Below the pieces are notes generated by a model. It was not told where the DNA came from. It saw only the letters and a program-made list of their open reading frames with translations, and ran no database searches. Positions 36,630 through 44,346 of a DNA stretch of 64,000 bases are shown here, piece after piece. Each line of letters begins with the position of its first letter. The stretch's first letter is position 1. The translations under genes were made by a program, and so were the position numbers. This stretch comes from Minisyncoccota bacterium (GTDB lineage: Bacteria > Patescibacteriota > Minisyncoccia > Phycocordibacterales > UBA9973), in NCBI GenBank assembly GCA_041666045.1, contig JBAYHR010000003.1:2208-66207 (forward strand), written 5' to 3'.

Positions 36630-38501
36630 TTAAAAATCTATTTTTTCTTCTTTGGCTTTTGTTACTGTTTCTGGCTTAAAAACTTTATTTAGATTTACTA
36701 TATTTTTCTTTATACTCATTGTTCCATTTTTATTTAATTTAATTTCAAGTAACATTCCTTCCATTGTATTTTCACTAAAATATTGATCAAAAATAAAATT
36801 ACCCAGAGAATAAGCTATAAAGCCATCTTTGTAAATTTCAGTATCTTGCATTACATGCGGGTGAGTGCCTATTATTATTTTTGCTCCATTGTCTATTGCT
36901 TTGTGCGCCAAGTATTCTTGTCTGTCATTGTGTTTTGTTTGATACTCTTCACCGAAGTGAAATGTCACTATTAAATGATCAACTTGTTTGGAAGCATTTT
37001 TTATAATTTCTTCAAAACGTGGATTGTTCGTCAAAAGAAGTCCTGATTTATTTTCACTTGCTTGCATGTTTGGTCCAACATCAGAGAATCCCAAGTATCC
37101 TATTTTTATTTCATACTTTTCTATGATTACTGGCTGTTCTGCTTCTAATGTATTTATTCCGCCTCCAGTATAAAGAATTTCATTTTCTTTTAATCTCAGT
37201 AATGTGTCTGTGTATGCATCACGACCCCAATCTCCGACATGATTGTTCGCTACTGAAACAATACTTAACCCTGCGCCTTTCAATGCAGGTATTACAGAAG
37301 GATCCATTCTGAATGAATATAAATTTTTTCTGTCACTGCCTTTGTTTGAGGCTGGTCCTTCTAAGTTTGCAAAAGTAACATCAGCATCTTTTAATATATC
37401 TAAGTTTTCAAATAAAGAAGAGTAGTCCCCATTAAAATTTTTGTTTACTGAATTTTTAACTCCACGGTCTAGCATTATATCTCCGCCAAAGACTAGGTTT
37501 ATAAAATTGGGATCTATGTCCTCTAATATTCCTCCTTTTTGTTTAACCCAAGCTAAGCTTGCGTCACTTTCCAATCCATAATATACATTTTTTGTTAAAT
37601 AATTATAAATACTATTTGTGTCTTTATATCTGTCAGCGCTTCTTAAGATCACTATACCTATATTTCTATTGTTTTTGTTTTCAAGAGGAATAGAAAATAT
37701 AGATAATGATGTTTGTTTTGATTCATCTATATATCCTCTTTTTCCGCCCATATAACCTTCAAATCTTAAGAACTGGCTATTGTTAAACCAAACATGTTTT
37801 TTATTATCAAAACTTCTTTTTGTTGTGATTGATAAAAGATCAGGTTTGTTTAATTTTAAGTATTTAGAAAATTTAAAAAGATCAGATACTGTTGATTGAT
37901 TATGTTCTGAGAGTCCGCTTGGATCTTTAAAAGAAGTTGAAAAAAGTCCTAAGTCTTTTGCTTTTTCATTCATTTTTTCTATAAAAATATCTCTTCCAGA
38001 ATATTCAGCTATTGCTTCAGCCGCGTCATTGCTTGATTCAAGTAAAAGAGGATATATCAAATCTCCAACTTTTATTTTTTCATTTACACGAAAGTTTCCA
38101 TTCTCTCCGTATGTAGAGAGAGATCTATTTGATATTTTAGTTATTTCTTCTTGATTTTGATTTTCTTCTGAAACTGTGGCTGTCATAAGTTTTGAGACTG
38201 AAGCAATAGGAAATCTTTTATTTGAATTTTTTTGTAAAATAATTTCTCCAGTATCTAAGTCGCCGATGAAATAAGCTTCGGCATTTACTTTTAATTGTTT
38301 TTTTGGATCTTTTATAAAATAAAATTCTTTTGGTGTATTGTCTTCCAGTATTTCATTTTTATTTTGAATTATGTTTATATTTTGGGATATTTTTTTATAA
38401 TTAATATTATTGGTAATTGTAAAAATAAAAAAAATACCAATTGAAATTGAAAAAATTGTCCAAAAAATATATTTTAATTTTGTTTTTAAATCTGGATTCA
38501 T
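36630..38501 (-). CDS. fusion: D-alanyl-D-alanine carboxypeptidase (peptidase S11) + CapA/PGA-family metallophosphatase
   Basis: N-terminal TM. SxxK active site in PIASVSKLMTA. C-terminal CapA motifs (ANLEGP, VANNHVGDWG). Confidence 0.7.
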   Translation of the reverse strand: MNPDLKTKLKYIFWTIFSISIGIFFIFTITNNINYKKISQNINIIQNKNEILEDNTPKEFYFIKDPKKQLKVNAEAYFIGDLDTGEIILQKNSNKRFPIASVSKLMTATVSEENQNQEEITKISNRSLSTYGENGNFRVNEKIKVGDLIYPLLLESSNDAAEAIAEYSGRDIFIEKMNEKAKDLGLFSTSFKDPSGLSEHNQSTVSDLFKFSKYLKLNKPDLLSITTKRSFDNKKHVWFNNSQFLRFEGYMGGKRGYIDESKQTSLSIFSIPLENKNNRNIGIVILRSADRYKDTNSIYNYLTKNVYYGLESDASLAWVKQKGGILEDIDPNFINLVFGGDIMLDRGVKNSVNKNFNGDYSSLFENLDILKDADVTFANLEGPASNKGSDRKNLYSFRMDPSVIPALKGAGLSIVSVANNHVGDWGRDAYTDTLLRLKENEILYTGGGINTLEAEQPVIIEKYEIKIGYLGFSDVGPNMQASENKSGLLLTNNPRFEEIIKNASKQVDHLIVTFHFGEEYQTKHNDRQEYLAHKAIDNGAKIIIGTHPHVMQDTEIYKDGFIAYSLGNFIFDQYFSENTMEGMLLEIKLNKNGTMSIKKNIVNLNKVFKPETVTKAKEEKIDF

Positions 38502-40444
38502 ACCAATGCGTAATCTATTGTTTTTCTTTCTAGGTCAACACTTTTTACTTTTATTTTTATACGTCCGCCTAGACGATATTTTTTGTGTTTCTTTTTACCA
38601 ACGAGTTCTATTTTCTTTTCATTAAAAATATAAAAATCATCTTTCAAATCTCGGACTTTTATCAAGCCTTCACATTTTGTTTCTATTTCTTCAACATAGA
38701 TACCCCATTCTGTGATACCACTGATTACTCCTTCAAAACTTTTACCAATACGAGAAGACATATATTCTACTTGTTTGTATTTTATAGAAGACCGTTCTGC
38801 GTCAGACGCGCGTTTTTCTTGTTCGGAAGATTTTCTAGAAATTTGTTCATACATACTCCATTTTTCATTTGTAATTTTTTTGCCAGAGAGAAAATCTGTT
38901 AAAAGTCTATGAACTATTATATCTGGGTATCTTCTGATTGGGGAAGTGAAATGAGTGTAATATTCAAAAGCTAATCCATAGTGACCAATATTTTTTGTAG
39001 AATAAATTGCTTTTGCCATAGAGCGGATAACTGCGCGATGAATTGTATCTTTTGCATTATCTTTGGTGTCTTCTAAGTCTTTTAATATTTTGTTTATTTC
39101 GCTTGAAGGTATAACTTTATTTTTTAAGGATACTTTGTGGCCCAAACTTCGTAAAAAGAATGCTAAATCTGCCATTTTTTCTTCACTTGGGATATCATGT
39201 ACACGATATACAAATACACCTTCTTTTTTAATGCCCTTGGATATTTTCTCTGCGACTTTTTTGTTTGCTAAAAGCATAAATTCTTCAATCAATCTATTTG
39301 AATCTCCACGTTCTTTTTTAATTACTTTTATCGGAACTCCTTTTTCATTTAAAACAAATTTTACTTCCACTTGATCAAGCGATATAGCGCCATTTTCAAA
39401 TCTTTCTTTTGTTAGTTTTTTTGCTAAATTATTCAAAATAAAAAGTTCTTTATGAAATTTTGAATTTGTGTTTTTTATTGTTTCACCAGCTTCTTCGTAA
39501 GTGAATCTTTTGTGTGAGTGGATAACAGTGCGACCAAACCATTCACTTTTTATTTTTGCATTTTTATCAATAGTAAAAACTGCACTCATTGTGAGTCTGT
39601 CTTTATTTGGAACTAGGGAACATAAATCATTTGAAAGAATTTCTGGAAGCATTGGTATTGTGCGGTCAACTAAATATACAGATGTTCCACGTTCTTTTGC
39701 TTCATTATCAAGATCACTTCCACTTTTTACATAATATGAAACGTCAGCAATATGTATTCCTATTTCGTATTCATCTTTCGATAATTCTTTAAATGATATA
39801 GCATCATCGAAATCTTTTGCATCAGAAGGGTCTATCGTGAAGGTGAGTGTCTTTTTAAAATCTCGTCTTCCAGCATAATCTTTTTCTTTAATACCTTCTT
39901 GTTTTATTTTTTGCGCTTCATTAATAGTTTTTTGATTTAAGTTTGAATCAAAACCTTTTTCCATAGCAATTGCATGCATTTCTGTATCATTGTCGCCGGG
40001 TTTACCTAAAATTTTTTCAACTTTTCCTTCAGGTGCTTTTTTGGAATCTTCCCAAGAAAATATTTTAACAAAAATCTTATCTCCAACTTTTGCCCCATTT
40101 AACATATTTTCAGGTATTAAAATATCCGTATACATTCTTGTATCATCTGGTTTGAGAAAAAATATTCCATTTTCTTCTTCTAAAACTCCAGCAAAACCAT
40201 TTTTTGCGCGCGAGATTATTTTTGATATTTCTCCAGTAATACGATCGTGCATTTTAGGATGAATTAATACTGCAACAGTATCTCCGTGTAATGCTGTATT
40301 TAAATGTTTAGAATCAATTTCTATGTCTTCGTCTTTTCCTTCTATTTTTACATAGCCAGTTCCTTTTGAAGAGATAGAAATGACACCTTCTAATTTATTA
40401 GTTATTTTGTGTGTTTTTTTGCTCATTAGTTTTAAATATAACAT
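38498..40444 (-). CDS. rnr: ribonuclease R (RNB family 3'-5' exoribonuclease)
   Basis: Cold-shock/OB N-terminus. RNB catalytic motifs (IDPSDAKDFDDAIS, RRYPDIIVHR). C-terminal S1 domain. Confidence 0.85.
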   Translation of the reverse strand: MLYLKLMSKKTHKITNKLEGVISISSKGTGYVKIEGKDEDIEIDSKHLNTALHGDTVAVLIHPKMHDRITGEISKIISRAKNGFAGVLEEENGIFFLKPDDTRMYTDILIPENMLNGAKVGDKIFVKIFSWEDSKKAPEGKVEKILGKPGDNDTEMHAIAMEKGFDSNLNQKTINEAQKIKQEGIKEKDYAGRRDFKKTLTFTIDPSDAKDFDDAISFKELSKDEYEIGIHIADVSYYVKSGSDLDNEAKERGTSVYLVDRTIPMLPEILSNDLCSLVPNKDRLTMSAVFTIDKNAKIKSEWFGRTVIHSHKRFTYEEAGETIKNTNSKFHKELFILNNLAKKLTKERFENGAISLDQVEVKFVLNEKGVPIKVIKKERGDSNRLIEEFMLLANKKVAEKISKGIKKEGVFVYRVHDIPSEEKMADLAFFLRSLGHKVSLKNKVIPSSEINKILKDLEDTKDNAKDTIHRAVIRSMAKAIYSTKNIGHYGLAFEYYTHFTSPIRRYPDIIVHRLLTDFLSGKKITNEKWSMYEQISRKSSEQEKRASDAERSSIKYKQVEYMSSRIGKSFEGVISGITEWGIYVEEIETKCEGLIKVRDLKDDFYIFNEKKIELVGKKKHKKYRLGGRIKIKVKSVDLERKTIDYALV

Positions 40445-40525
40445 ATAACTTGCCCCGTAGTGAATCGCTAGAGGCAGTTCTACTATGGGGTTTGCCTTTT
40501 TTATAAATTATGATAGACTGTTTTC

Positions 40526-40834
40526 ATGTTAAAAATAAGATTACAGAGAATAGGTAGAAAAAATGATCCAGCGTTTCGTGCTGTTTTGACTGATTCAAAA
40601 AATAGTACAAAAAGCGGAAGATTTTTAGAAATAGTTGGTACTTATAATCCAAAAGCTGGGGAGACAAATTTTAAAACTGATAGAATAAAATATTGGGTTT
40701 CAAAAGGCGCTCAACTTTCTGATACTATGCACAATTTCTTAGTGCATCAAAAAGTTATAGAAGGGAAGAAGAAAAATGTATTGCCTAAGAAAAAGCCAAC
40801 TTTGAAAAGAAAGGAATTGAAAGCTAAGAAATAA
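40526..40834 (+). CDS. rpsP: 30S ribosomal protein S16 with K-rich tail
   Basis: MLKIRLQRIGRKNDPAFRAV... canonical S16 N-terminus. Confidence 0.9.
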   Translation: MLKIRLQRIGRKNDPAFRAVLTDSKNSTKSGRFLEIVGTYNPKAGETNFKTDRIKYWVSKGAQLSDTMHNFLVHQKVIEGKKKNVLPKKKPTLKRKELKAKK

Positions 40835-40908
40835 AAAGATATAATATACTGTAAGCAGTTGCTTTGGTCGGAACACTGCAATGATTAAAAATATTTATTC
40901 TGAACATT

Positions 40909-41244
40909 ATGCAAGACGCTGATAAAGAATTTCTAGAATATGTAGTAAAAGCTCTTGTTGACAATCCGAACGATGTAAAACTCGATCGTACTGTTGATGA
41001 AATGGGAGTGCTAATCAGTCTTACTGTAAATCCTGCCGATATGGGTAAAATCATCGGAAGAATGGGAAATACTGCAAAGGCTATCAGAACACTTCTAAGA
41101 GTTATTGGAATGAAGAATAATGCTCGCGTTAATCTAAAGATTAACGAACCAGAAGGAAGCACAAGACCTGAAAGAACAGAAAGTTCTTCTATGAGTTCAA
41201 CAAAAACTGTTGACCAAGCTATGGAAGATTTAAAAGGAATATAG
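40909..41244 (+). CDS. KH-domain RNA-binding protein (YlqC/UPF0109 family)
   Basis: KIIGRMGNTAKAIRTLL GxxG-type KH motif. Conserved position after rpsP. Confidence 0.8.
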   Translation: MQDADKEFLEYVVKALVDNPNDVKLDRTVDEMGVLISLTVNPADMGKIIGRMGNTAKAIRTLLRVIGMKNNARVNLKINEPEGSTRPERTESSSMSSTKTVDQAMEDLKGI

Positions 41245-41262
41245 TTTTTTAAAAAAAGAGCG

Positions 41263-41335
41263 AATACAAAAGTTTTCTGGCAAGCAAAAAGAATCCAGTG
41301 CTTGCAGGCAAAAATTTTTGTATTCGCTCTTTTTG
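41263..41335 (+). terminator. long nested hairpin downstream of the KH-protein gene (terminator or structured RNA)
   Basis: Outer stem AGAGCGAATACAAAA / TTTTGTATTCGCTCT encloses a second imperfect stem (CTGGCAAGC...GCTTGCAGG), followed by TTTTTG. Confidence 0.5.
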
Positions 41336-41401
41336 TTTGACAAATTGTACAATAAAAATTAAGATAAAAGAAAAAAGTATGAACATTAAAAATTAAAAAA
41401 T

Positions 41402-42148
41402 ATGATATTAGATCTAATTTTAAAGGGTAATTTTTATGAATTAAAAATTCATAGAAAATTCTTTCAAAATGAATCAATTCCACTTGAACTTTTTCAAGAA
41501 GAAAATCAACTGACAAAAAAATATTCTTATTTGGGAATTTTTCAAATAAAAGGTAATACTTTTGGTTTTGATGGTTGTTTTGTAAAACAAAAAGGTTCTA
41601 ATGATGAATATGTAATTTACAAATTTGATTTTCCAAAATCAGAAGATGATTATTATTTGGGAATGAGAAAAATGATGCTTACTATGTATTTATCTACTTA
41701 CTATGTTGTAGAACAAATGCATTATGCAAAAGAATTTTTCAATGACACAATTTGGGACGACCAAGCATTTTCTTTTGTCATTTTTGATGGTAATAGTGGT
41801 TTTACTGGTGGTTATGCTATTGGTGGTCAAATTTATTCTTGGATTAAAAGAAAGTTGCTTGCTCTTAATGAAGAAGACTTAATAAATTTAAATAAATATG
41901 TTGAGTTTGAGGTAAATAGAATAAGTAATTATTTTTTTAAAAAAGATGCTAAGTATAGTCAAATAACCATTACTCAAAACTCCATATTTATTCAGGTAAA
42001 TATGCAAGGTAGGTGGATTTCATGGACTAATTCAAGAGATATTTTTAAAAAAGAAGAATTTAGTTCTCACAACATTGACTTTCATAGTGATCAAGAATTA
42101 TGTTTTGTTGCTATTGTTGCTATAAATACGTGGCTAAGAGAACATTAA
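41402..42148 (+). CDS. hypothetical protein (no recognisable domain)
   Basis: 248-aa ORF with its own terminator. Sits where rimM is expected. Confidence 0.5.
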   Translation: MILDLILKGNFYELKIHRKFFQNESIPLELFQEENQLTKKYSYLGIFQIKGNTFGFDGCFVKQKGSNDEYVIYKFDFPKSEDDYYLGMRKMMLTMYLSTYYVVEQMHYAKEFFNDTIWDDQAFSFVIFDGNSGFTGGYAIGGQIYSWIKRKLLALNEEDLINLNKYVEFEVNRISNYFFKKDAKYSQITITQNSIFIQVNMQGRWISWTNSRDIFKKEEFSSHNIDFHSDQELCFVAIVAINTWLREH

Positions 42149-42154
42149 TAAACT

Positions 42155-42183
42155 AAAGGGCTTCAAATGAAGCCCTTTTTTGT
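42155..42183 (+). terminator. rho-independent terminator
   Basis: AAAGGGCTTCAAATGAAGCCCTTTTTTG. Confidence 0.8.
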
Positions 42184-42252
42184 TTGACAAAATATGTGAT
42201 AAGTAGTAATCTAATTATAAATAGAGTTCTAAACAATTAAATATATAAAAAT

Positions 42253-42924
42253 ATGAAAACATTTGAATGGGTTGCTGTCATTGATAGCACTTCTAAATTC
42301 GGGAAGTTAATGAAAAGATTTTTCAAAAATAAAAATCTAAATGAAAAGATAAGATTATTTAATAAAGCAAAATTATTAAATATGTTTTTTGCCACAAAAC
42401 GTATTGCTATTTATTCAATTTGGGATAATTTTTATAATCTTAGTGGTCATACTTGTTATCGTAATGATGCTTTTTATATGGCATTTCATTGTGGTTTGCA
42501 TACACTTAATAAATATAGTTCTGGATTAATAAAGAATGGGATGTTGGGATACTTTGAAAAAGTAACTCATGATGGATTGCCACTTTTTCAACTTCTTCAG
42601 GATGAAGGATTTGTTGAAGCTGATGATCTTAAATCTGTATTAGAATCAAAAAATGGAAGATATTATTTTTTATCTCCAAAAGCTGTTTTCAAAATTGCTG
42701 AAGCTTGTAAGATGTCTAAAAAAGAAGTAGAGTGGATTGCTTTCAAGATTTGTTTTTCTTTGGTGAATTATGATTCATCACATCCATCTAGTGAGTTTGA
42801 TCTTGATTGTTCACCATCAAGAAATCATGAATTTGTGATGGAAATTGCAAACAAATATCTTTCTGTAAAGATGAAAACATTTTTAGTAGATTATCTTGAT
42901 ATAAAGATTCCAACAGAAGCATAA
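42253..42924 (+). CDS. hypothetical protein (no recognisable domain)
   Basis: 223-aa ORF with its own terminator. Between the KH gene and trmD. Confidence 0.5.
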   Translation: MKTFEWVAVIDSTSKFGKLMKRFFKNKNLNEKIRLFNKAKLLNMFFATKRIAIYSIWDNFYNLSGHTCYRNDAFYMAFHCGLHTLNKYSSGLIKNGMLGYFEKVTHDGLPLFQLLQDEGFVEADDLKSVLESKNGRYYFLSPKAVFKIAEACKMSKKEVEWIAFKICFSLVNYDSSHPSSEFDLDCSPSRNHEFVMEIANKYLSVKMKTFLVDYLDIKIPTEA

Positions 42925-42945
42925 ATGTTCAATAAGAAATTTTAC

Positions 42946-42978
42946 AAAAGTCCTCAAAATTGAGGACTTTTTATTTTT
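42946..42978 (+). terminator. rho-independent terminator
   Basis: AAAAGTCCTCAAAATTGAGGACTTTTTATTTTT. Confidence 0.8.
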
Positions 42979-43002
42979 AAATTTTTAGTCTATAGTGTTT
43001 TT

Positions 43003-43743
43003 ATGCGTTTTCATATAATTACAATTTTTCCGGAGATTTTTGACTCATATTTAACTGAGTCTATTATTGGGCGGGCTATAAAAAATAAGCATATTTCTGT
43101 TAAGTTTTATAATCCTAGAGATTATGTAAAATCTCAGAATAAGGCGAATTATAAGCCTGTAGATGATAGACCATATGGTGGAGGACCTGGAATGATAATG
43201 CGAGCTGAGCCAATTCTTAAAGCAGTAGAAAAAGCAATTTTGGTAGCTAGTAAAGTTTCCTCGGGTCCTCAGTTTGGAGCCAGACCAGCTCGGAAACTTT
43301 CTAGCCACCAAAATAAAATTTTAATTATTAATTTTGTACCAAGTGCAGAAAAATTTACTACAACTTTTGCAAAAAAAGTTTCAAAAAAATATACAGATAT
43401 TATTTTAATTTGTGGAAGGTATGAAGGTATTGATGCACGAGTAGATAAAATCCTTCGACAAGCTCAGGACAAGTTTTTAAAATTTAAAAAAATTTCAATA
43501 GGGGATTATGTATTAACTGGAGGAGAACTTCCAACGATGATTTTAGTAGATTGTATTTCTCGCCAGATTCCTGGGGTTTTAGGTAAGTATGAATCTCTGG
43601 AAGAAGAAAGAGTTTCTTCTAGTGAATTTTATACTCGCCCAGAAAAATTAGTTTATAAAGGAAAAAAATATAATGTGCCAAAAGTTTTACTTTCAGGGAA
43701 TCATCAATTGATTGAACAATGGAAAAAGTCTAGTAAAAAATAA
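43003..43743 (+). CDS. trmD: tRNA (guanine37-N1)-methyltransferase TrmD
   Basis: SPOUT knot motifs (RPYGGGPGMIMRAEPI, GRYEGIDARV, GDYVLTGGELP). Carries a ~19-aa in-frame insertion. Confidence 0.9.
   Translation: MRFHIITIFPEIFDSYLTESIIGRAIKNKHISVKFYNPRDYVKSQNKANYKPVDDRPYGGGPGMIMRAEPILKAVEKAILVASKVSSGPQFGARPARKLSSHQNKILIINFVPSAEKFTTTFAKKVSKKYTDIILICGRYEGIDARVDKILRQAQDKFLKFKKISIGDYVLTGGELPTMILVDCISRQIPGVLGKYESLEEERVSSSEFYTRPEKLVYKGKKYNVPKVLLSGNHQLIEQWKKSSKK
43247..43304 (+). repeat. in-frame palindromic element in trmD (arms CTAGTAAAGTTTCC/GGAAACTTTCTAG, GC-rich core)
   Basis: Core TCGGGTCCTCAGTTTGGAGCCAGACCAGCTC. Translated as SKVSSGPQFGARPARKLSS, inserted after the conserved GGGPGMIMRAEPI block. 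Confidence 0.75.
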
Positions 43744-43744
43744 A

Positions 43745-43777
43745 AAATCTTGAGGTTTATCTCAAGATTTTTTTAAG
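43745..43777. terminator. bidirectional terminator between trmD and the convergent ORF
   Basis: AAAATCTTGAGGTTTATCTCAAGATTTTTTT. Confidence 0.7.
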
Positions 43778-44093
43778 TTGTTGCGAATTTGTATTCTTTT
43801 TCTTTATCATAATAAAATACGTCATGCATTTTATTACTAATAATTTTTCTTATTTTTCTTTTTAATTTAAAAGAAAAAAATTGAATTTTAATATAAATTT
43901 CAATATCTCTACCTTTAATTTCTGATTTTCCTGATATTGCTTTTTTGTTTATGATAAAATTAAATTTTCCTAATTTATTTTCTTCTAAATTTAAAATTAA
44001 ATTTTTATGTTCCAATGCTGTTTCTTTTAAAAGCAAACCAAGTCTTTCAGAAATTTGTTTTTCTGAAAGAAAATGTGTGTATAATATTTTCAT
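43773..44093 (-). CDS. hypothetical protein
   Basis: 106-aa ORF convergent with trmD. No recognisable motif. Confidence 0.35.
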   Translation of the reverse strand: MKILYTHFLSEKQISERLGLLLKETALEHKNLILNLEENKLGKFNFIINKKAISGKSEIKGRDIEIYIKIQFFSFKLKRKIRKIISNKMHDVFYYDKEKEYKFATT

Positions 44094-44346
44094 ATTGTAA
44101 TGTTTTTTATGTTAAGGAATTAGTTTCTTAAAAGTATAGCACATTACTTACTAGTAATTTAATTAATATCCCCAACACATATTTGACTTTTTTAATTTAA
44201 TGATTATACTTACTTTGATTGATAGATTGAGTTTTGACTGCATTCTTTATATATTATAAGGTTTTTAACTTAATCATAATTCTAAATAAATTTTAAAGAA
44301 GCTTAAAAAGCGTTTTCCTTTTTGTTTTTTTTAGAGAAAACTATCT

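Noticed and set aside
40824-41516. 230-aa minus-strand ORF antisense to the KH-protein gene, and many similar antisense ORFs on the track (for example 3152-3433, 3602-3910, 5971-6226, 13180-13522, 46431-46697, 47604-48005, 50313-51049, 51651-52256)
   Set aside because: Each lies entirely inside a well-supported gene on the other strand and has low-complexity composition with no motifs. These are chance ORFs.
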